Shown: one piece after another, positions 1-6,974 of the stretch | How the letters are laid out: each line of letters begins with the position of its first letter | Numbering within the stretch: position 1 is the first letter of the stretch | Source: Octopus sinensis | Taxonomy: Eukaryota | Assembly (NCBI RefSeq): GCF_006345805.1 | Contig: NW_021828521.1 | Coordinates: forward strand, 1-8,112 | Direction of reading: 5' to 3' | DNA: 8,112 bases | The notes under the pieces: generated by a model | What the model was told of the DNA's origin: nothing | What the model saw: only the letters and a program-made list of their open reading frames with translations | The model's database searches: none | Program-made: the position numbers and the translations under genes

Positions 1-16
1 ATATATATATATATAT

Positions 17-131
17 GGTCGATAGAATAAGTACTAGGATTACAAAGAATAAATCCTGCGGTCAATTTCTTCGATTAAAGATGGTGCTCCAGCATGGCCG
101 CAGTCAAATGACTAAAATGTGTAAAAGAGTA
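17..131 (+). mobile_element. SINE family A, 3' fragment
   Basis: GGTCGATAGAATAAGTACTAGG...GGTGCTCCAGCATGGCCGCAGTCAAATGACT...GTAAAAGAG matches the 3' ends of the copies at 2205-2327 (+), 4713-4810 (-) and 5102-5225 (-). It is preceded by (AT)n at 1-16. Confidence 0.85.
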
Positions 132-246
132 TCTACATGTGTGTGTGTGTGTGTATGTTTGAGAGTGTGTGTGCATGCGGTTGTATATATGTATATGTAT
201 GTATCTATGTCTTTGTGCGTGAATATATATATATATATATATATAT
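132..246. repeat. Compound (TG)n/(TATG)/(TA)n microsatellite
   Basis: Directly visible dinucleotide runs. Confidence 0.95.
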
Positions 247-247
247 C

Positions 248-425
248 TAGTGAGAAATCGCAAAAAACAAAAGCCGAAGACGGGTACATAAACAACAAAC
301 AGATGTATTAGTTTAACGCTCGGGAAGTGAGAAAGTCTTTTACGTTTCGAGCCTACGCTCTTCGACAGAAAGGAACACAGAAATAAACAGGGAGAGAAAA
401 TAGAAAAGGGTTTATTGGTTAGCGA
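248..425 (-). mobile_element. Penelope-like element terminal-repeat (pLTR) fragment
   Basis: The minus strand contains CTGTCGAAGAGCGTAGGCTCGAAACGTA, the hammerhead-type signature typical of Penelope-like element termini. A T-rich tail (GTCTTCGGCTTTTGTTTTTT) follows and runs into (TA)n. No RT or GIY-YIG coding sequence is seen, so the assignment rests on the motif. Confidence 0.6.
337..372 (-). ncRNA. Minimal type I hammerhead-ribozyme-like motif with variant core
   Basis: Minus strand: CUUU (stem I) - CUGUCGA A - GAGC GUAG GCUC (stem II) - GAAAC GUA - AAAG (stem I). Stem III is the palindrome ACGU. The core has U at the conserved A6 position. Confidence 0.6.
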
Positions 426-431
426 TCTATC

Positions 432-628
432 ATGTATATATATATATATATATATCTATATATATATATATATATATATATACATACATACATATATATA
501 TGTATACACACACATATGTATATGTGTGTGTGCGAGTGTGTATATATGTGTGTGTGTGTGTGCGAGTGTATATATATGTGTGTGTGTGTTTGTGTGTTTG
601 TGTGTGTGTGCTTGTGTGTGTGTATATA
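432..628. repeat. Compound (TA)n/(TACA)/(TG)n microsatellite with internal 30-nt duplication
   Basis: Visible runs. 521-550 and 551-580 match at 28/30. Confidence 0.95.
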
Positions 629-1122
629 GCGCATGTTTCTTGTGCATGTAGAAGAAAAGTAGATGTACGCATAATTTATTTTGACATGTCAGTTGAAAGA
701 GCAATTTAAATGAAGGTAGCACTTTAAGTTGCAAGACGACGGTACGTTGTAATCTCAATATATTCTGTAGCAACGGTCACCAGTTCCCAATTGACACATA
801 ACAATTAAACCTACCTTTATAATTCACCGATGTCTATGGTTTATAATTCACTGCTGCCTGCGTGGAATGGAACTTCAGGAAATCATGAAATATTTCACTA
901 GTTTACGGTTAAGTATTTCACTGCCAGCTTCTCTGGATTAAATAAAGAATTATCCCTTATAGTAAATACTATTAAACTGTTGAAATTCTTAGTGTTCAGG
1001 ATTATCATTAAAGCGACCGTGTTATAATATTCTTTGTTTACTGAACTTTAGAATTTCTCTTCCGCCATCTTGGATTGTTGTTATGAACACGAGAATAAAT
1101 TGAATCGTAAAAACAAAATTGA

Positions 1123-1278
1123 GTTGTCTGTGTTGTGAAGAAGCTTGCTTTGCCACCACGGGTTTTCAGGTTCATTCCCATCGTATGGCACCTGTGGAAA
1201 GGGTCTTCTGCGATTTCCCATCGTTGGCCAATGCCATGTAAGTGAATCTAGTAGACTGAAGCTGTTTGGAAACCCGTC
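1123..1278 (+). mobile_element. SINE family A, degenerate 5' half (tRNA-like head)
   Basis: AAGAAGCTTGCTT...GGTTCATTCC (B box, 1169-1178)...TGGCACC...GTCTTCT...CCCGTC aligns with the heads of the copies at 1931, 5074 (-) and 5573 (-). It ends at the internal (AT)n. Confidence 0.7.
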
Positions 1279-1291
1279 ATATATATATATA

Positions 1292-1763
1292 TGGTTGTCT
1301 ACTCTTTATGCAGAGTCTGACCACCTCCTCCTGTACCTACACCTTAGAACCATCATGGCATCTGATGTAGCTTTTCAAATCAGACACAATGTTTTGACAA
1401 GACACCCATATAGATTGCATATCCAATTTGGCCCACCAAGAGCTGCAGGTAAGTTCTGATCTTTGTGGATCTTAAAATGGTTTTGCGGCCTCCGTTAGAT
1501 TTGCAAACCTTCTGGCATACATTGCATTCAAAGGTGTGCACAGACATATAGGCACAATAGTTGGTGGAGGTTCGTTTTCCTTGGGTTCGCAAATGAGATT
1601 TGGGCCCAACAAAAGAAAGGCATATATATATATATATATATAGGTAATCCGAGGGCGAAAGCCGGAGTCGATCTTTAAAGAAAATAAGTAATGGATCGAG
1701 TGTTCTCCAAAAGTCCTTCAAGACGATGCCCCTGACCGGCTTCGCATTCCGGAAAAAATACAC
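1292..1763 (-). mobile_element. RTE-type LINE, degenerate 3' end (C-terminal ORF region with three C2H2 finger remnants, stop codon, 3' UTR hairpin)
   Basis: Minus-strand translation with frameshifts gives CLSFVGPKSHLRTQ (1581-1622), CNVCQKVCKSNGGRK/HFKIH (1465-1526) and CNLYG/SDLKSYIRCH (1355-1419). TAG is at 1337-1339, followed by a short UTR with a stem-loop and an (AT)n tail. A terminal CxxC...GLxSHLRxH finger followed by a short UTR is typical of RTE-clade LINEs. Confidence 0.7.
1314..1448 (+). other. Candidate cryptic 135-nt cassette exon antisense to the LINE remnant
   Basis: Acceptor TCTACTCTTTATGCAG ends at 1313 and donor CAG/GTAAGT begins at 1449. The 135 nt are open only in phase 1. 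There is no transcript evidence. Confidence 0.25.
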
Positions 1764-1777
1764 TAAGAAAAAAAGAA

Positions 1778-1780
<3 letters not shown>

Positions 1781-1842
<62 letters not shown>

Positions 1843-1869
1843 TAGATATATATATATATATATATATAC
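1781..1869. repeat. (TA)n microsatellite
   Basis: About 90 nt of nearly pure TA with short interruptions. Confidence 0.95.
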
Positions 1870-1930
1870 ACCATGACCGCCTTGCTTGTCATTCAGACAT
1901 CGTGAGTACCTCACTTTAATTTTCAGACCA

Positions 1931-2327
1931 CAGACATGGCTGCGTGGATAAGAAATTCGCTTTAAAAGTACATGGAACTGGGTTCCGTCCCATTGTACAG
2001 TACATTGAGAAGTGTCTTCTACTATAACCCTAGGCCGACCGATGTCTTTTGAAGAAATTTGGCAGAAGGAAACTCTCGTATATTCATTTATGTATTTGTG
2101 TCTATGTGTTTGTGTTTGTTACCCACCCCACACACACACAAAGCTAGATAACAATCTTTGGTTCCTTTACGTCCTCATAACCTAGCGGTTTAGCAAAGGA
2201 GACTGATAAAATAAGTAGCAGAAGATTTTTAAAAATAAGTACTGGGATCGTTCGACTTAATCCTTCAAGGCGGTGCCCCAACATGGCCTCTGTCCAATGA
2301 CCTAAACAAGTAAAAGATGAAAGATAA
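1931..2327 (+). mobile_element. SINE family A, full-length diverged copy
   Basis: Head CATGGCTGCGTGGATAAGAA, B box GGTTCCGTCC (1981-1990), AAGTGTCTTCTACTATA...GGCCGACC, a degenerate internal TG/CA microsatellite, and tail AAGGCGGTGCCCCAACATGGCC...AACAAGTAAAAGA. It is collinear with the two minus-strand copies. Confidence 0.85.
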
Positions 2328-2997
2328 AAAGTGTGGTTTAATGAAGATTCGGCTGCTCTATTTAGCAGGTGGATACACTATGAAGAGAAAGCCCTTCGAT
2401 AAAATAATAAAAGAAAAAGGATATAAATTTTAAGCAGTAAATATTCTTTGTCCAGTCAGAGTATAACATGCCGCTGACTGGTACTTCCAATAGATTTCAC
2501 AGATAAGAGCGAGGTGGATATCGGTGAAGGCAACAAAGAGAAGATCGTACTAATGGTTTATCTGAGTTATTGTTAATTTCGAGGCGTCAGAAAAAGGTGA
2601 ACACCATTATCAGAAATTAAGTGTAGAATATGATGCTTTCAATAGAGTATGTTAGCTAGTTGGTTATTTCTCATTAACGGGTAACAAGCAAAACCGAAAG
2701 ATATTTACCATGTAAACAACAGCTCTAATTGAAGGCAAGTGTTCTCTTAGTTGCCAGTTAATAATAGGTTTCCTGGAAATTGTAATTGCAGAACAGTAAT
2801 TGCAGAGAGGTTGAACGAGAAAATTAATGTGTAAGACGTAGAATTTGCCATTACTTATAGAAATTCTGCTTTGTATTAACTCGGAAGTGACTAGCTCTCG
2901 TACCCTGACCAAATCAATAAATGTCACAAATACAGAAGCTGATGCGTTCAAAGGTTCGCATCTCGTTATCGCCATCACATTCTTTCTTCCCGCACTG

Positions 2998-3039
<42 letters not shown>

Positions 3040-3040
3040 T

Positions 3041-3107
<67 letters not shown>

Positions 3108-3150
3108 GCTGTTGTTGTTGGTAGTGGTGGTGGTATTGGTGGTGATAGTG
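2998..3150. repeat. (ATT)n (2998-3106, one interruption) followed by degenerate (GTT)/(GTG)
   Basis: Visible trinucleotide runs. They produce the poly-Ile stretches in ORFs 2664-3221 and 2845-3189. Confidence 0.95.
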
Positions 3151-3282
3151 TTCAATCTTTGGTCCGCGTTTGATCCAGCAAGCATCTGATCAAAGCCGTT
3201 TACAAAAATCATCATCACCATCTTTTCGTTTGACTATTGCGATGTATCTAAGAACTTTGATTCACGTTATTCTTCCATTGTG

Positions 3283-3514
3283 AAGGCAGCGAGCTGGCTG
3301 AAAAGTTAGCACGTCGGGCGAATTGCTGCGCGATATTTCGTCTGCCGCTACGTTCTGAGTTCAAACTCCGCCGAGGTCGACTTTGCCTTTCATCCTTTCG
3401 GGGTCGATTAAATAAGTACCAGTTACGCACTGGGGTCGATATAATCGACTTAATCCATTTGTCTGTTCTTGTTTGTCTCCTCTGTGTTTAGCCCCTTGTG
3501 GGTAGTAAATAAAT
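3283..3514 (+). mobile_element. SINE family B unit 1 (tRNA head + core + tail type 1)
   Basis: GGCAGCGAGCTGGCTGAAA (A-box-like), GAGTTCAAACTCC (B box, 3358), core GAGGTCGACTTTGCCTTTCATCCTTTCGGGGTCGAT..ATAAGTACCAG, tail TTTGTCTG...TTTAGCCCCTTGTGGGTAGTAAA. Confidence 0.9.
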
Positions 3515-3682
3515 ATTTCGGTTGCCGCTACGTTCTGAGTTCAATTTCCACCGAGGTCGACTTTGCCTTTCATTCTTTAGGGGTCGATAAATTAAGTACC
3601 ATTTGCATTCTGGGGTTGCTCTAATCGACTGCCTCCCTCCCCAAACATGTCGGGCCTTGAGCCTAGAGTAGAAAATAATATT
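3514..3682 (+). mobile_element. SINE family B unit 2 (A box missing, tail type 2)
   Basis: Starts at TATTTCG just upstream of the B box (GAGTTCAATTTCC), with the same core and tail GGGCCTTGAGCCTAGAGTAGAAAATAATATT. Confidence 0.9.
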
Positions 3683-3902
3683 AAGGCAGTGAGCTGGTAG
3701 AAACGCTAGCACACCGTGTGAAATGCTTAGCAGTATTTCGTCTGTCTTTACGTTCTGAGATCAAATTCCGTCGAGGTCGACTTTGACTTTCATCATTTCG
3801 GGGTCTATAAATTAAGTACCAGCTGCGTACTGGGGTTGATCTAATCGACTGGCCTCTACCCCCAAAAATGTCCGGCATTGTGCCTAGAGTAGAAAAGATT
3901 AT
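3683..3902 (+). mobile_element. SINE family B unit 3 (full head, tail type 2)
   Basis: AAGGCAGTGAGCTGGTAGAAA head, degenerate B box GAGATCAAATTCC, the same core, and tail GGCATTGTGCCTAGAGTAGAAAAGATTATT. Confidence 0.9.
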
Positions 3903-4540
3903 TCTTCTACTGTCATAAAATTTGATAAAGATCCCTCAGTTGTTGTTGTTGCTGCTGCTACTGTTGTTTTTCCTCTTGAGTCCCAAGACATACACACTGC
4001 TCAATGATTCTTTCTTTTAGTGTGAGTTGATTGGAATTTCGTTACTATTTCTAGCATTTCGTGTTACTACCTTCATGTTCATTGACTGACTTGTTGTAGA
4101 AGTCGTTGTTGGTGATTCGCTGCTGATAATGCAGTTTTTTTATGTTAACGTTGTTATTTTTGTTCTTTGAGTCAATATTAGTCCTGGATCAGAAATATCA
4201 ATGATCGATCACAAGTGTTCCACCCACGACATTCACCTGTTATTTCGGGCACAGCGCGGGTGTGTGTATATGCAGGAGTATTCAGTGACTCATTCTATCC
4301 TTAAACCCGTTTAGAGTTTTAGGGTGATTTCATTGTTATTCAAAAATCATTCTTGCTGTTCTACCTGTTCTTGTTGTTTAACCCCAGGTCAGCCTTGATT
4401 GGGCAGATCAGCAATGAAAGGTGTTATATCCACTATCTATATTTATGAGTTCTCGCGTGCCCTTCCATTCTAAATATAGCTGTATGCGATTTCAGGAAAA
4501 TTTGGTTGCTATGCATACAGTGTTATTCCTTCTCGAGGTC

Positions 4541-4618
4541 ATACACACACACTCACACACACACGCACACACACACACACGAACACACACATACACAAAT
4601 TTATATATACATATATAG

Positions 4619-4664
<46 letters not shown>

Positions 4665-4712
4665 ATATATATGTTTGTATACTACATGTATGTATATATA
4701 TATATATATATA
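4541..4712. repeat. Compound (CA)n/(TA)n/(TG)n microsatellite
   Basis: Visible runs abutting the tail of the minus-strand SINE. Confidence 0.95.
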
Positions 4713-5074
4713 TTCTTTGACTGCGGCCATGCTGGAGCACCACCTTTAGTCGAAAAATTTGAATCGAGGACTTGCTCTTTGTAAGCCTAGTACTTATTCT
4801 ATAGGACTCTTTTACCGAACCGCTAAGTTATGTGTTGAAAACACACCAGCATCGGTTGTCAAGCGATGGTAGGAGGACAAACACAGACACACAAATGCAT
4901 GTATATATATATATACACGACGGGTTTCATTTACTTTCCGCCAACCAAATCCACTCACAAGGCTTTGGTCGGCCCGAGGCTATATTAGAAGACACTAGTT
5001 CGAAGTGCCACGCAGTGGGACTGAACCCGGGACCATGTAGTTGGTAAGAAACATTCTTACCTCACAGCCACGCC
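4713..5074 (-). mobile_element. SINE family A, full-length copy
   Basis: Minus strand: GGCGTGGCTGTGAGGTAAGAA head, B box GGTTCAGTCC (about 5019-5028), internal (TA)/(TG) spacer at about 4876-4918, tail GGTGGTGCTCCAGCATGGCCGCAGTCAAAG. Confidence 0.9.
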
Positions 5075-5101
5075 ATATATATATATATATATATATATGT
5101 A

Positions 5102-5573
5102 GTTTTCGTTTACTTTTCTTTTACTTATTTCAGTCAGTTGACTGCGGCCATGCAGGAGTACCACGGTCAGTCAAACCATTCGACCCCGGGACTTCCTGTT
5201 AAGCCCGATACGTATTCTATCAGTCTCTCTGGCCGAATCGCTAAGGCACGAGGACGTAAACACAACAACACCAGTTGTCAAGTAGTGATGGGCGACTAAA
5301 CACAGACACAAAGACACCTACACACATAGATAATCACATAATACACATATATGTATGTATATATGTCTTTATGTATGTATGTATGTATATATATGCATGT
5401 ATGTATGCTATATATATATATATGACTGCTTCTTTCAGATTCCGTCTACTAAATCCACTTTCAAGGCCTTGGATGGCGTGAGTAGTAGTCACAAACCGTA
5501 GGTGCCACGCAATGTGACTGAACCCGGAGCCATCTGGTTGGAAAGCAAGCTTCTTACCACACAGCCACGCCTG
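5102..5573 (-). mobile_element. SINE family A, full-length copy with expanded internal microsatellite
   Basis: Minus strand: GGCGTGGCTGTGTGGTAAGAAGCTTGCTTTCCAACC head, B box GGTTCAGTCA, a microsatellite spacer of about 125 nt (5297-5424), tail CATGGCCGCAGTCAACTGACTGAAATAAGTAAAAG. It is separated from the previous copy by (TA)n at 5075-5098. Confidence 0.9.
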
Positions 5574-5687
5574 TATATAATATAAAGTAATATAATACAT
5601 TAGAATATAATGTAATAATATTGTATATATTTATATTGATATATTGACAGATTGATAGATACAGGGAGAGAGAAAGTAGGTGTTTAT

Positions 5688-5733
5688 GTTGTTCCATAGA
5701 TAAGCTTTCAACCCGCCTTATCTATGAAACAAC
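5688..5733. repeat. Inverted repeat, 17-bp arms (16/17 paired), 12-nt loop
   Basis: GTTGTTCCATAGATAAG (5688-5704) against CTTATCTATGAAACAAC (5717-5733). Confidence 0.8.
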
Positions 5734-6109
5734 TACGAAGATATAAACCAAAATCTTTAACATAGTAATATAGTAATAAATATCTATAAATTTACGCATG
5801 GAAATAGACTCGACAATAAAAATAAGACGTTCTGTTCCCACGGAGGTCGCTAGTATCGTTAATTAGTGAAGAAATTAATTATTACTTTGGGAATTGTTTA
5901 TTTAGATGCACAGACAAGATCAAATTAGAAGTTTTACAAAACATTTAATAATAACGTCATTATATTTCTGAGGTTATAGCAACAGAGATGTTATTGGTTG
6001 ATTGGTTGTAACAAGCAAATAATATCAAACTAATACAGACATCGAAATGACCGTCTTGATGCACAAAAAAAAAAAAAAAAAATCAATCGGTATACTGCGG
6101 ATAGAAATA

Positions 6110-6317
6110 GACGAAGACAGACAAACAGACAGATCGATTGCTTGGTCAGTTAGTAGATAGGTAGATACAGGGATAGATACAGAGACAAACAGACAGATAT
6201 AGTCACACAAACACGTACATATACACGCAAACACACGCAAACATATATACAACATACATATTCAAGATGCGTAGATTATCGACATAGTCATATAAAAATA
6301 TATATACACACACACAC

Positions 6318-6364
<47 letters not shown>

Positions 6365-6463
6365 ATATATATATATGCATGTATATATATATGCATATAT
6401 TTATATATATATATGCATATATATGTATATATATATATATATATATATACATATATATCTTAT

Positions 6464-6515
<52 letters not shown>

Positions 6516-6560
6516 ATATATATATATATATAAATATAGATGCACATAAATACATGCATA
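6110..6560. repeat. Low-complexity tract: degenerate (AGAC/AGAT)n, (CA)n and long (TA)n with ATGCAT interruptions
   Basis: Visible tetra- and dinucleotide runs. Confidence 0.9.
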
Positions 6561-6669
6561 GATAGACGATACAAAAAAAAAACAGGGACGGGTCAACCGA
6601 AGCTTTCTATTCTCAATATATATGTGTGTGTGTGTGTGTGTAAATATATATGTACGTATGTATACTTAA

Positions 6670-6862
6670 TTTATATTTTGTGGTATACAGCCAATTGTCT
6701 TTGGCCCCAAGCTTCCATAAATCACATGTTTCCACAAACCACACGTTTCTGAAGATCATAGTCCGTAGCATTAATGCTATTTCTCCCACAAAATGAATGC
6801 ATGAACATGATCTACCCGATCTTAATGGATCCTATGGATTGCACAGTTGTCATTGCAGGAAA
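6670..6862 (-). mobile_element. Probable RTE-type reverse transcriptase remnant (region after the YxDD motif)
   Basis: Frameshifted minus-strand translation VDH...NAT-DYDLQKRVVCG...AWGQRQLAVYHKI resembles my recollection of the RTE RT segment VDHFxYLGS..SNATIDDEIQxRIxCA..VW...L.L.TKIKVY. It is highly degenerate and was aligned by eye. Confidence 0.4.
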
Positions 6863-6864
6863 CA

Positions 6865-6896
6865 TATATATACATATATATATGTATGTATGTATG

Positions 6897-6969
<73 letters not shown>

Positions 6970-6973
6970 TAAT
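6865..6973. repeat. (TA)/(ATGT) then (TAA)n microsatellite (6901-6973)
   Basis: Visible runs. Confidence 0.95.
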
Positions 6974-6974
6974 C

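Noticed and set aside
15-773. ORFs of 60-105 aa rich in YI, CV and HT
   Set aside because: They are translations of dinucleotide microsatellites, and the same applies to the ORFs at 4421-5600 and 6025-6752.
2452-2530. 8-bp inverted repeat CCAGTCAG/CTGACTGG and a faint antisense SINE B core
   Set aside because: Short and degenerate, and best explained as very old SINE debris. The 8-bp inverted repeat at 4480-4520 is also within chance expectation.
2584-2652. Possible 63-nt micro-exon ASEKGEHHYQKLSVEYDAFNR with an AGA/GTATGT donor
   Set aside because: The acceptor is a weak GAG with a poor pyrimidine tract, and there is no recognisable homology.
2664-3221. 185-aa minus-strand ORF and overlapping 114-aa plus-strand ORF with poly-Ile
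   Set aside because: Their length comes from a stop-free reading of (ATT)n, and the flanking peptides resemble no domain I recognise.
3150-3230. Weak similarity to 4377-4440, both following GTT-rich runs
   Set aside because: Only about 60% identity by eye over about 50 nt. It is possibly an old repeat family but too weak to call.
3283-3902. A/B-box sequences as tRNA genes, or the tandem units as a CRISPR-like array
   Set aside because: There is no cloverleaf, the heads run into SINE bodies, and the units are about 170-230 nt with no unique spacers in a eukaryotic context.
5783-5854. A/TC...CTAG/T boundaries suggesting a tiny Helitron
   Set aside because: Only 71 nt, with no convincing GC-rich subterminal hairpin, and both boundary motifs are common by chance.
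6749-6779. CTGAAGA followed by the 14-bp palindrome TAGCATTAATGCTA
   Set aside because: No GAAA follows a stem II, so it is not a hammerhead. An AT-rich palindrome of this size is plausibly chance.
6700-6790. Minus-strand GEIALM..CDLW resembling a cyclic-nucleotide-binding motif
   Set aside because: The spacing and the RTA motif do not fit, there is no good acceptor, and another frame is better explained as an RT remnant.
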